A program made the translations under genes and the position numbers. This document shows positions 52,202 through 62,457 of a DNA stretch of 64,000 bases, piece by piece. Where the stretch lies: contig CAWDYC010000011.1 of NCBI GenBank assembly GCA_963806535.1, positions 64,001-128,000 of the forward strand. The letters are read 5' to 3'. The stretch comes from Candidatus Bathyarchaeota archaeon. GTDB lineage: Archaea > Thermoproteota > Bathyarchaeia > Bathyarchaeales > Bathycorpusculaceae. Under the pieces are notes generated by a model. The model searched no databases. It was not told where the DNA came from and was given only the letters and a program-made list of their open reading frames with translations. The first letter of the stretch is position 1. Every line of letters begins with the position of its first letter.

Positions 52202-53479
52202 TTGATGAATCGACCTGATATTAGACGGCTGCCGAAACGTTCGGATCCCCAAGAAGCACAAGCTAGGCTGCTGGATGCAGTTAAATCAAAAAAATTATCA
52301 ACCGAAAAAATCAACTTGGCCAAAGCTTTGGGCAGAACCTTAGCCAAAGATGTCACTTCAGACATTAACATCCCCGCCTACGATAAAACATTCATCGACG
52401 GCTACGCAATCAACCCAAAAGAAACCTTTGGCGCCTCACCCGCAAAACCTGCCGCTTTCAAAGTTGTTGGCAAACTATTCCCATCCGACTACCCAACTAC
52501 GGCTGAAGCAAGAAGCGGGGAAGCAATCTACGTTGCATGTGGAGCTCCCACCCCAAAAGGTGCAAAATCAACCGTTAAAGTGGAAGAAACCCGTTTAAAG
52601 GGCGACAAAATCGAAATTGTCCGAGAAATCAAGTCGGGTGAGGGTATTATACCGCTTGGAGATGACGTAAAACAGGGAGCACTGTTGCTAAAGCAGGGAC
52701 AGGTTCTGCGACCGCAAGATATCGGGCTACTCGCATCAATTGGACTGATGGATGCTGAAGTTTACAAAAAGCCAACTCTTGTAGTTCTGAGTGGCGGAGA
52801 CGAACTGATCAAACAATGCGAAAAAGATCCATCCAAAATCGCAAATAACTACGCGTTGGTAGTTGTGGGATTGGCGTCTGAATTAGGAGCAACAGCCAAG
52901 GTGCAGGGGATTATGCCTGATAAACTGGAGCAGGTGCAAGCCAAAATCGGCGAAGCCCTAGCAGACGCAGACATTGTTGTAACTATCGGCGGCACATCGG
53001 TGGGAATGAAAGATTTTGTTCCAGACGCCATTAACTCGCTTGGTGAACCTGGGGTTGTTGTTCAGGGGATTTCGTTGAGACCCGGGGCGGTCTCAGGTTT
53101 CGGCATGTTGGGTGGCAAGCCTGTTGTGATGTTGCCAGGTCATATCGGCTCGTGTATTGCAGGTTTTTACCTTTTTGCAGCCCCGTTAATCCGTGTTTAC
53201 AGCGGCTTAGAAAGAAATGGTTTGCAACCATTGTTAAAAGCTGAGCTTTCAGAAGCGGTTGATTCGGGTCCACAATTCAGGTTTCTACTACTTCATTTAA
53301 AGCAGATTGGAAACATACTTCTGGCTGAGCAGGTTGAAGGCGGGTCAAGTGCCCTCACAACGATAGTCAAATCAAATGGGTACTCAATCATTCCGCCTCA
53401 TACGAATTTACCAAAAGGCTCTTGCGTAGATGTTTACTTGTTTGGAAAACTGGAACTTTCACAAATTTCTCAGGCTTGA
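52202..53479 (+). CDS. moeA: Molybdopterin molybdotransferase
   Basis: ALGRTLA...DGYA, GDEL, GGTSVG.KDF, LRPG, MLPG. Confidence 0.92.
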   Translation: MMNRPDIRRLPKRSDPQEAQARLLDAVKSKKLSTEKINLAKALGRTLAKDVTSDINIPAYDKTFIDGYAINPKETFGASPAKPAAFKVVGKLFPSDYPTTAEARSGEAIYVACGAPTPKGAKSTVKVEETRLKGDKIEIVREIKSGEGIIPLGDDVKQGALLLKQGQVLRPQDIGLLASIGLMDAEVYKKPTLVVLSGGDELIKQCEKDPSKIANNYALVVVGLASELGATAKVQGIMPDKLEQVQAKIGEALADADIVVTIGGTSVGMKDFVPDAINSLGEPGVVVQGISLRPGAVSGFGMLGGKPVVMLPGHIGSCIAGFYLFAAPLIRVYSGLERNGLQPLLKAELSEAVDSGPQFRFLLLHLKQIGNILLAEQVEGGSSALTTIVKSNGYSIIPPHTNLPKGSCVDVYLFGKLELSQISQA

Positions 53480-54567
53480 CGCACTTTAGATGGGTACCTG
53501 TGAGCGTGACTGTGTTTTCCCATTACCCATGATTCGCACCATGCTTTGTCAGCCTGTGCTCGCTCTGCCAACAACCAGCAACGGTTTTCCTCGAAAATTC
53601 CAGTCTCAATGCGATAGTTGTTTGCGGCTCTCAGGAAAGCTTCTTTGCCTTCAAAATCCCGCTCAACAGCCGCCTTTGGCTCAAGCTCTCGCTGCGAGAG
53701 TTTCAATAAGGCTTCACCTTGATTTTCCCCGCTCAATGCTCCCCAAAAGAATGCGTTCGAAAACTCAAAGTTGGACGCAAGAGCAGCAAAAGTACTCTGA
53801 GCTTCCGAAAACCTGTTTTCCTGGATCATTTTAGTGCCCACTCGAAGTCGCTGCAAATCAGAAACAGAGAAAACCCCCAAGTTTACCCTGAGGTTTTCTG
53901 TAACTGCTCCTTGTGCTCGGCGTGTTTGTAGTCGACTGAGGTCTTCTCTAAAATTTATGTTGATGAAGCTTTTGAGTTCTGGGTCCAGTGTTTTTATGTC
54001 GTTAATTGGAGAAACAAAAAGGATTTTTGATGCGCCTCTTGGAATGTCGTCGGAGCGTGGTCGCTTCAACTTGCAAAGTGTTTCCGCAATTTCTAAGTTG
54101 CTTTTCCTTTTTAGCACCATTAGAAGGGTTTCAAGCCTGCCATTTGGCCACATTGGAACAGCCACTTCAACATCCGCCGCCTCCTTGAACAGATATTCAG
54201 CGACAGATGACTTTAGAAAAGGCATATCACAAGGTAAAGTAAGGCAAAAATCAGCTTTTAGCGCACTCAATCCTGACATAATTGCCACATTAGGACCATT
54301 GATGCCGCCGATTTCTTCGTCCACTACTATCTGAAAGTTTGTTTTGGAATGTTTGTTTAGAATCTGCTCGTATTTTTCTTTTCGTTCCTCATCATTTACT
54401 GATACAGCAATTTCATCAACTATATCTTCAACATTTTCGATCGCGAGAATCAAAAGGGGCTTTCCTGAAAGCTCTGCGAGGGCTTTATCCTGCCAGACTT
54501 TATCGATAGATTGAAATCTTCGGGCTTTTCCACCTGCCAAAATCAATGCAGCCCGTTTAGCCATCAA
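53470..54567 (-). CDS. mobA: Molybdenum cofactor guanylyltransferase with C-terminal extension
   Basis: ILAGGKARRF...DKAL, PCDMPF, SFININ..EDL, plus ~150 extra helical residues. Confidence 0.88.
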   Translation of the reverse strand: MMAKRAALILAGGKARRFQSIDKVWQDKALAELSGKPLLILAIENVEDIVDEIAVSVNDEERKEKYEQILNKHSKTNFQIVVDEEIGGINGPNVAIMSGLSALKADFCLTLPCDMPFLKSSVAEYLFKEAADVEVAVPMWPNGRLETLLMVLKRKSNLEIAETLCKLKRPRSDDIPRGASKILFVSPINDIKTLDPELKSFININFREDLSRLQTRRAQGAVTENLRVNLGVFSVSDLQRLRVGTKMIQENRFSEAQSTFAALASNFEFSNAFFWGALSGENQGEALLKLSQRELEPKAAVERDFEGKEAFLRAANNYRIETGIFEENRCWLLAERAQADKAWCESWVMGKHSHAHRYPSKVRQA

Positions 54568-54577
54568 AACTCCTCAT

Positions 54578-55141
54578 TTAAGCCGTTTTGTTTTGTGTTA
54601 AATGTTTTTTGACTAGTTCCACAAGTTTTTGCCCATCTTCTGGCACCTTGATTATTGGTATGTTGCCATAGGCTGGGTTAATTGAGTTTTGGGCAACAAT
54701 GCCGGCAATCGCTAATATGGGTTCAACCGTGCCTTCCAAAGTCCGTTTAAGACCATTTTCGTCTACTGCGGTAATAATTTTCGGAACATCTGTTCTTTTA
54801 GCGATTAAACGATGAAAACCTTCAAAGAAAACAATATCCAAATCCTCATCCTCAATCAGCGCAGTCATTTGGTCCAAACTTTCCAGAGACATTTCAGTTT
54901 TCTTTATTATAGCGACTTCTTCAGGAGAAATGGCTACGATTACTTTGGCACCAGCCTTCGCGTATCTCCAAGTGTTCGTACCCTCCTTATCCATCGTAAA
55001 GCCTTTGTGGTGGACATGTTTTATTGAACCGATTTTGTAACCTTGAGCTGAAAGCTGAGAAACTAAGTATTCTAAGGTAACTGTCTTTCCTGAACCGCTA
55101 ATGCCGACAGCGGCAACAACTAAAACCATATTGGGTCTCAC
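54578..55141 (-). CDS. mobB: Molybdopterin-guanine dinucleotide biosynthesis protein B
   Basis: GISGSGKT, IKHVHH, D.EGTNTWR..AGA, EGF. Confidence 0.9.
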   Translation of the reverse strand: MRPNMVLVVAAVGISGSGKTVTLEYLVSQLSAQGYKIGSIKHVHHKGFTMDKEGTNTWRYAKAGAKVIVAISPEEVAIIKKTEMSLESLDQMTALIEDEDLDIVFFEGFHRLIAKRTDVPKIITAVDENGLKRTLEGTVEPILAIAGIVAQNSINPAYGNIPIIKVPEDGQKLVELVKKHLTQNKTA

Positions 55142-55372
55142 TCTTGCTTGAAGATTAATTGCTTCGTTTTTATAAATTTCGCCTTGATTTTTCTAATATA
55201 TCTTGAAAACATCTATTTTTAAGGGGTTATCGAGAGGTTCGGCTATTAATTTTATTTCCGCTAAGAACATGAAGTTGATCTTAGTCTCTTAGTCCTCAGA
55301 TGGGTAGAAATCTCAATTTTGGTATAGTTTTAAATCAAACTCTGCTTATCCATAGCTATCAAAATAATATCA

Positions 55373-56686
55373 GTGGCTCAGATGGCTCAAAAATTATCAA
55401 AACTCCGTTTTAACCGAAGAATAAAAGCGTTAGTAGCTTTTTCAATTATCGCTGTTTTGTTGTTTTCATTTTTTGCTTTTCTGCCAGGTCAAATGTCAAG
55501 CTTATCGCAATGGTTTGGCAGCATCGGTAAAGGATCAGATTCTAATAGAAATTCTGGACTAATTAAATCTGGTCAACCTGTTAATTCAACTGTGTGGTTT
55601 GGAGTTGCTGGGAATGCTTGGGCGTATTTTCAACCTAATGTAGGTGTTGATGCTAAAACAGGTCTTCCTTACGCTGGAGCCACATATTTTAAAGCTCTTA
55701 CCGATTGGGACTTAGGCGTTTATATCCAAGCCGTAATTGACGCTCAGAAAATAGGCTTGATAACGACCGATGGCACTTGGGGTTCTTACGCAAGATTGAA
55801 CAAGGCTTTAAATTATTTAGAAAATCGACCGCTTAATGATACTACCCATTATCCTTTCTGGTTCTACGACGCAACAAATGGAAAAAACTACAATTCATTG
55901 TCCGACAAGGCAACAGAGAAAGTTGACGTGGTTGATACTGGACGATTATTTGTTGCCCTTAACAATCTTAAAACATACAACCCAAGCTGGGCTCAAAGGA
56001 TAAACAACTTCGTTTACAATATAAATGGTAACAGATCAGATTACGCCGCCATAATTCCTGGCCTTGAAAGTGACGCGAACTCAAATAGTATTTATGGCTA
56101 CTATTTTGATAGCGGTTACGCAAATTTTTGGCCTCAACAACTCGGTAACGTTCCAGCTAGCATAATAAACAATATATCTAACTCATCTACAATCACAACT
56201 TATGGCAACGTTTCACTGCCTCAGGCTCCTCTTGCATGTGAGCCACTGCTGTGCTCAATTTTCGAGGTAAACAATACTAATTCCGAATTGATGACGCTGG
56301 CGAACCAGGTTTATCTTGCCCATGAAGCCTACTATAACACGAAAGGTCAATACGTAGCTTTTAGCGAAGGAAACGGCTTTTCAAGCCAGTATCTGTGGGA
56401 ATGGGTAGTTGGGCCTAATGGCACTCCATGGGAAATAACTACGTCTGGAGGCGCACAATATTCGGGCAATGCCATTATTTACAGTAAAATAGCTTTCAGT
56501 TTCTTAGCCCTTTACAATGCAACATACGCTCAAAACACAATAGTCTACCTTGAAAAATATCTTCCCGCTCCTTCAAACGGCTACTCCGACGGCGTTGATA
56601 CTGCTGGCCAAGTAGTTCCAGGGTCTGGCAGCAACACAAACGGTATGATTTTGGACGCAGCTTTGTACGCATTACAGAATAAATAG
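55373..56686 (+). CDS. Exported DUF3131-like (alpha/alpha-barrel) putative glycoside hydrolase
   Basis: N-terminal TM, AWAYFQ...TGLP...TDWDLG.YI.A, DTGRL..AL, terminal SNTNGMILDA. Confidence 0.65.
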   Translation: MAQMAQKLSKLRFNRRIKALVAFSIIAVLLFSFFAFLPGQMSSLSQWFGSIGKGSDSNRNSGLIKSGQPVNSTVWFGVAGNAWAYFQPNVGVDAKTGLPYAGATYFKALTDWDLGVYIQAVIDAQKIGLITTDGTWGSYARLNKALNYLENRPLNDTTHYPFWFYDATNGKNYNSLSDKATEKVDVVDTGRLFVALNNLKTYNPSWAQRINNFVYNINGNRSDYAAIIPGLESDANSNSIYGYYFDSGYANFWPQQLGNVPASIINNISNSSTITTYGNVSLPQAPLACEPLLCSIFEVNNTNSELMTLANQVYLAHEAYYNTKGQYVAFSEGNGFSSQYLWEWVVGPNGTPWEITTSGGAQYSGNAIIYSKIAFSFLALYNATYAQNTIVYLEKYLPAPSNGYSDGVDTAGQVVPGSGSNTNGMILDAALYALQNK

Positions 56687-56786
56687 CGCTAATATACCAA
56701 TAATTACGGTAAATGCGGAAATAGAATTGGCAACATTGACAAAGAAGCAACCAAAAAACCCAACCGAATCTCTTAAAAGATATTCA

Positions 56787-57269
56787 TTAGCAAAATCTGC
56801 CATCGTCTTTAGTGCTTTTAAGTTTGCTTATTTTGTCGTTGAACCAGCCTATTTTTGTGGTCCTTCGGTAGTCAAATTGCGGAACATAGGGCTTAATGTC
56901 TAAAAGTGGTGTTCCATCTAAAATATCTAAGTCCTGGACATGCAGGATGTTGTTTTCGACCTTTGTAAGGCATACTGTAGAGATGCCGATTTTATTGGGT
57001 CTAGCAGGTGAGTGTGTGGCGAAAACCCCATGGAGTTTTTCATCGAGGAATGGTTTCACCAGTAAGTAACCGTCTTTTACTAGGTGAAAATGGTAAAGCA
57101 AAATAATGTGGGAAAAACCTTCTATGTCTCGCAAGCCCTCTGCGTATTCAGGGTAAATTTCCAAGGTACCTTTGATACCTTTTGATGCTGCTGCTTGGAT
57201 TGGAACATTTTGTGGTTCCTTAAACGGCGAATGTATTACGCCAATGGATTTGTAAGTTATTACGCTCAA
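56787..57269 (-). CDS. tsaA: tRNA m6t6A37 methyltransferase TrmO/TsaA family
   Basis: IGVIHSPF, GVFATHSPARPN.IG, DILDGTPLLDIKPY. Confidence 0.9.
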   Translation of the reverse strand: MSVITYKSIGVIHSPFKEPQNVPIQAAASKGIKGTLEIYPEYAEGLRDIEGFSHIILLYHFHLVKDGYLLVKPFLDEKLHGVFATHSPARPNKIGISTVCLTKVENNILHVQDLDILDGTPLLDIKPYVPQFDYRRTTKIGWFNDKISKLKSTKDDGRFC

Positions 57270-57578
57270 CTATACATTGCTCCCTCGAAATGGTTATTGA
57301 ATTATTCAAGGTCATTTAAAACAAAATAAGGAATTGTAATTTAAGATTCTGATGTCGGTTCAAAAAAATATGGGTTTCCGTTTCTCAACCCTATATGTAT
57401 GATACTTTTTCATTGTGAATAGGATCTTTATTTTTTTTGCAAATCGTAATTGAAATAAAATGCTCAGTTTCGTTTTTCACCGGACTTCGATAAGTGAAAT
57501 GCCTTTGACCCAATCGTGAGGCGCAATTTGGTCGCCCATGACTAGTCGAACTGGCCCTTCGCCTCCCGACGATAGACC

Positions 57579-57651
57579 AGCACCTCACCATACCAACATG
57601 ATGAGCGCATACCCGCCGTAAAATCCTCTCTGAAAATTAAAGCCCAAATTA
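57579..57651 (+). repeat. 73-bp fdhD fragment
   Basis: 65/73 identical to 51738..51810. Confidence 0.85.
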
Positions 57652-57928
57652 GGCGTCATTAGAGCTATGTCCATGGTTGTCCTTTTTGAGAAGTTTTTCT
57701 GCAATAATATTTCTGGTCTCATCGAAACCAAGATGTTAAAATTGTGTATTATAAAGAAATAAATGTTAAGGTAAAGTTCGTTCTAATTCAACAAGAAATA
57801 AACCCTTCATCGTCCGAAATGAGTAAAAACTATTTAACTTTTCAATTCTACGGTGAATATTATTAGAAAAGTTGAGTATATCGTAATTCAAACGCCTCTA
57901 TTCTTAAATTTAATGAGATAAAAAACCA

Positions 57929-59032
57929 TTAATTGCCGTCGTCAGCAAAAATGTTTAGTGAATCCGCGTTGAAACAAACATGCACATGGTCTCCCACCAT
58001 GAGGCCTAAGTTTTTAATAACGCTTAAAGAAATCCTAGTTTTTAATATAAACCCCACGTCTACCGTAACCTGCGCATTTGACCTCATCTGAACCATTTCT
58101 ATAACGACACCTTCGATGAAGTTGACTCCGTTTTCTTGGATATCGATATCGTCGGATTTTGTAAGTTTCACGTTTTCGGGCTTGATGGTTGCAATAACAT
58201 TTTTTCCCAATAGATTGGGCGTTGATTGTGATAATAGTATCGAGCCGTTTGCTTCAATTTCCAACAACCCCCCGCGGGTTTTGGTAGCCTTGCCCTTAAA
58301 TGAGTTAACTCCAAGAAAATTCGCAACGTACCCTGAATTTGGTTTATCAAAAAGGTCTGCTCCGCTACCTATTTGTTGAATGCTTCCATTTCCCATAACA
58401 GCTATTCTATCCGACATTATGAAAGCTTCGGACAAATTATGCGTAACATAAACAACAGTAATTTTAAGCGACTGCAAATAATTTTTAAGTTCCAACCGAA
58501 AAGATTCACGAAGCTGGGGATCAACTGCCGAAACAGGTTCATCTAAAAGCAAGATTTGCGGTTCAGTAGCTAAAGATCTTGCCAACGCAATACGTTGCTT
58601 TTGTCCGCCGCTAAGCTGGCTTGGATAAAACCTTGCGTATTCCCGAAGACCTACAAAATCAAGCAGGTCACTGGTTCTTTTTTTAACTTCTTGTCTAGGT
58701 AAATGCAGTGCTTTTAGTCCGTATGCTACGTTGTCTTTAACTCGCATATGAGGAAAAAGAGATACCGTTTGGAAGACATAGCCAACTTTGCGGTCTGAAG
58801 GTTTAAGATAAACTTTTTTTGTGCCCGCCCTTCCGCTGACTAAGACATCATTAATGTAAATATTGCCCTCGTCTTGTCTTGTTAGACCTGAGAGTATGTT
58901 TAACAGCGTTGTTTTTCCACAGCCATTTGGACCTAGCAGAGACAAGATTTCCTCCTCTTTGACTTCAAGACTGAGTTTTCCCAAAACTTTTTTTTCGCCA
59001 AAGGATTTTGAAATTGAATCAATCTTGATCAT
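57929..59032 (-). CDS. modC: Molybdate/tungstate ABC transporter ATP-binding protein
   Basis: GPNGCGKTT, LSGGQKQR, LLDEP, C-terminal TOBE domain. Confidence 0.88.
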   Translation of the reverse strand: MIKIDSISKSFGEKKVLGKLSLEVKEEEILSLLGPNGCGKTTLLNILSGLTRQDEGNIYINDVLVSGRAGTKKVYLKPSDRKVGYVFQTVSLFPHMRVKDNVAYGLKALHLPRQEVKKRTSDLLDFVGLREYARFYPSQLSGGQKQRIALARSLATEPQILLLDEPVSAVDPQLRESFRLELKNYLQSLKITVVYVTHNLSEAFIMSDRIAVMGNGSIQQIGSGADLFDKPNSGYVANFLGVNSFKGKATKTRGGLLEIEANGSILLSQSTPNLLGKNVIATIKPENVKLTKSDDIDIQENGVNFIEGVVIEMVQMRSNAQVTVDVGFILKTRISLSVIKNLGLMVGDHVHVCFNADSLNIFADDGN

Positions 59033-59847
59033 TTTTTAGCTCCGAACCTTTTCTGTTCAAGAAGTTTGATGGTGATAAGGACTGCGAATGCAATGGCTAT
59101 TAAGATAATGGATAACATGACCCCCGCCAATGGATCAGAATATAGGAACACATAGATTGCAAGTGGCATTGTCTGAGTTATGCCTGGTAAGTTTCCTGCA
59201 AACATTAAGGTTGCCCCAAACTCACCCAAAGCTCTTGCCCACGTCATCATTGACCCAGTAACAATAGCCCGTATCGATAGTGGGAAGGTGATGGTGAAAA
59301 ATACTCTGACGCGGCTATCCGTTAACATTTTGGCGCTGTTTATGATGTCCTTATCCATACTTTCAAAACCAGTTTTTGCTGACCGTAAAAGAAATGGAGA
59401 CGCCACAAAGGTTTCAGCAATAATAACGGCGATGGTGTAGCCTGGAATAGTTAAGCCCAAACTGTTCAAAATCGGACCTAATAGTCCTTTTGGAGCAAAG
59501 GCGTAGAGCAAGGCTACACCGGCAACTGCAGGCGGCAGAACGATAGGTAAATCTATTATCGTATCAATAACTGATTTGCCGGGAAATTTTCTTGTTGCCA
59601 TAAAATAAGCGGTTGGAACTGCTAGGACGAATGCAATGAAAGTAGCAACAGCGGATGTGTATAAACTAAGTTTTATGGTGTTTATGATTTGGGTATTATG
59701 TAGTTGAGTGTTAACTTGACTTGGGTTGATTCTTAAGAAAATTGCTGCTATAGGCAGCGCTACAAAAAGAAAGTATGTTAATACTATAAGACCCAGAATA
59801 ACGATTATTATTTTATTTGAAAGCGTGTTAGTAATGTTGTGTTTCAT
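59029..59847 (-). CDS. modB: Molybdate/tungstate ABC transporter permease
   Basis: DLPIVLPPAVAG, WARALGEFGAT..FAGN..G.TQTMPLAIY. Confidence 0.92.
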   Translation of the reverse strand: MKHNITNTLSNKIIIVILGLIVLTYFLFVALPIAAIFLRINPSQVNTQLHNTQIINTIKLSLYTSAVATFIAFVLAVPTAYFMATRKFPGKSVIDTIIDLPIVLPPAVAGVALLYAFAPKGLLGPILNSLGLTIPGYTIAVIIAETFVASPFLLRSAKTGFESMDKDIINSAKMLTDSRVRVFFTITFPLSIRAIVTGSMMTWARALGEFGATLMFAGNLPGITQTMPLAIYVFLYSDPLAGVMLSIILIAIAFAVLITIKLLEQKRFGAKK

Positions 59848-59904
59848 TGCTGCACCGATTGGTTAATTTAAAAAGGGGTGAGGAAGTGCTTAATATATGC
59901 ACTT

Positions 59905-60918
59905 TTAGGAATTAAAACCATAATAGGTCAGTAACGCTTGTCCATCAGTTGAGCTCCAGAAATCCATGAATTTTTGCGCTAATGCAGATTGGCTGGTTGT
60001 TCCTATGACGGCTATGCCGTAAGTGCCTTTTGTGTTTACTGCGGCAGGTATAGGAATGAATTGGACTTGGGACCCTGACAGTTGACCGTAAACTGCGTCT
60101 GAAACAAACACTATGCCTGCGTCTGCCGTTCCGACGTTGAGTGAAACTTTTCCTACTACGTTTTCGACAGTCAATTCATACGAGACGACATTTTGATGAA
60201 CGGTGTAGTTATAGTTGACGTAAGCTCCAGAAGCGACGTATAGCGGGCTACTTGCGTTGCCCCAGGTTGAATCAATTTTCCAGAGGTTGTGTTTGCATAT
60301 GAGCCTGAAGGTATCGATGGGTCTGGTAATACCAATTTTACCCCAGGTTTTGCTAAGTCTGCAAGGGATGTTATGCCTTTCGGATTGCCTTGTGCTATTA
60401 TCATTTCTAAGCTGTTTGTGGTGAAATTGACATAATTATTGTTGTATAGGAGTGCTGAGTTGTTTAGTTGCTTTGTCCATTTGGTGTCGGCGGACATGAA
60501 GACGTCGCATGGTGAACCAGATGTGATTTGTGTATATAGTGTACTTGAGGAGCTAGGAGTTTACTATGATGTTGCAGTTGTTTGCTTGATTAAATGCTTG
60601 GGTCATGTTAGCGACGACGTTAGTTAAACTTGATGCTATGAAAACTCGTAGGTCTACAGGTTGAGGGGTGGCGGATGGGGTTGGTGAGGCAGTGGGCGTC
60701 GCCGTCGGTGAATGGGTTGGTGTGGGTGAGGCTGTTGACGTTGGAGTTGGAGATGATGTCGGCGATACAGTTACTGTTGGGGTTGGAGTTGGCGTTGGCG
60801 AGGGATTGCTGTTGGAAGAGAATGCGCCGCTATATGCTAAATAGCCTAATGCTGAAGCTACTACTATTATGACTACCAATACTATGGCTATGAGTTTGTT
60901 GTTCATATTACTCATCAC
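59905..60918 (-). CDS. modA: Molybdate ABC transporter substrate-binding protein (2 frameshifts)
   Basis: TM and PT linker, [32 protein letters not shown]; spread over three frames. Confidence 0.88.
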
Positions 60919-60941
60919 GATGTTATCATTTAGTCATATCG
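60918..60941. promoter_or_regulatory. Putative ModE box at the modA start
   Basis: Minus strand CGATATGACTAAATGATAACATCG (24 bp), between TATA (60955-60960) and the start codon. Confidence 0.55.
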
Positions 60942-61044
60942 ATAAAATGTTGCCATATAAACATTTCTCAACAAAAGAATTGACAACAAAAAATTAAAAG
61001 CACAAAAAAGATCAGATGTCAACTAGCCCAAAATAATGATTAAA

Positions 61045-61377
61045 CTTAAGGCATTTTTCCCAATACAGCTTCTAGCTCTGCTTGAGCATTCCGATAACGC
61101 TGTAACCAAATTTTTTCCAAAATCAGTAACTTCAGAAGACCCACCGCCTTTTGCACCTCCCCGAACACGTGTAACCAAGCGATTGACCTAACCGCTCTTC
61201 TGCCAATGTAAGTCTATGCAGAGCATATCGATAGGACATGTCTAATTGTTTGGCGGCTTCCAAGATGGAATGCTGTTTGCATATTTCTTCGAGGAGTTCT
61301 GCTAAGCCATTGCCGAAAACTGCTTCACCTTTTTCGTTGACCATCCAAAGTTTGGTTTCAAAGCATAGGGGGGACAT
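61045..61377 (-). CDS. modE: ModE-family winged-helix regulator (C-terminal frameshift; 3' end approximate)
   Basis: FG.G.AELLEEI...SILEAAKQLDMSYRYA...AEERLG; GGAKGGGSSEVTDFG follows in a shifted frame. Confidence 0.85.
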
Positions 61378-61480
61378 AGTTTTTCACTTAATGTAAGTTG
61401 GCGCAATGAGAATTAAGCTTAATGCTTGCTTGAGACTCTGGTTTTTCTTGTGTGCCGTTTCTAATGCGTACGCATGAAGT

Positions 61481-61504
61481 CGTTATGTTTGGATAATCAT
61501 AACG
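61481..61504. promoter_or_regulatory. Putative ModE box
   Basis: Perfect CGTTATG-N10-CATAACG, matching the length and ends of the bacterial ModE consensus. Confidence 0.6.
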
Positions 61505-61598
61505 CTTTTATAGTATATATTGTATATACTGACTATACTGGTATTTATTGTATATTGCAATGGGAGAACGTGAAAATGCCTCAAACCCCGAATAAACA

Positions 61599-62457
61599 AT
61601 GAACAGACAACAACACAATCCTCGAAAAACAACAACTAAACCCACAAGTAAAACTCCTAAAAATCCACGCGCCATCCATAGCCCAAAAAGCCCAAGCAGG
61701 ACAATTCGTAATCCTAAAAGCCCACGCAGACAGCGAACGAATCCCCCTAACCCTCTCATCCTGGGACAAAGAAGAAGGCACAATCACACACATATTCCAA
61801 GAAATAGGCTATTCAACAACCGAACTGGGCACCCTGGAAGTGGGCGAAAAAATTATAAACCTAGCAGGTCCCTTAGGAAACCCCAGTGAAATCAAAAACT
61901 TTGGGGTAGCCGCCATTGTATGTGGAGGACTCGGCACAGCAGTAGCTTACCCAGTAGCTAAAGCGCTTAAAGAAGCTGGAAACAAAGTCATATCCATAAT
62001 GGGTGCACGAACCAAAGATCTATTCATTTTAGAGAATGAAATGAGCGCAGTCTCTGACGAAATATTTTTTACATCAGATGACGGCACAAAAGGTCAAAAA
62101 GGCTTTGTAAGCGACGTTTTGAAGTCTTTGATAGCTAAAAATTATAACTTTAACATAGTTTTCGCTATCGGACCTCCAATAATGATGAGTGTAATAGCAG
62201 ATATCACCCGTCCATTTGGCATAAAAACCATCGCCAGCCTAAACCCAATAATGGTTGACGGTATGGGCATGTGCGGCGCATGCCGAGTATCCATTGGAGA
62301 CAAAACCCAGTTTGCATGCGTTGACGGTCCTGAGTTTGACGCTCACCAAGTTAACTTTAAAGAGTTAATGCAACGGCTTAAAAGTTACTGCACTGAGGAG
62401 AAACATGTTTTGACAGTTCAAACTCCTGGAGGTACATGCCAATGTCACGGTCAGTAA
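61599..62457 (+). CDS. sudB: SudB/NfnA-type FAD/NAD-binding 2Fe-2S subunit (5' single-base frameshift)
   Basis: In frame upstream of 61840: AQAGQFVIL...ERIPLT; then GPLG, GGLG, MVDGMGMCGACRV...FACVDGPEFD. Confidence 0.9.

Noticed and set aside
51738-57651. fdhD repeat as a DGR template/variable pair
   Set aside because: Differences are not adenine-specific on either strand, are mostly synonymous, and no reverse transcriptase gene is present.
60665-60800. GTTGGA/GTTGGC repeats
   Set aside because: They encode the Pro/Thr/Ser linker of ModA.
61576-61602. In-frame TGA at codon 9 of sudB as selenocysteine
   Set aside because: The position is not a conserved Cys; removing one A after the ATG at 61599 restores a normal start.
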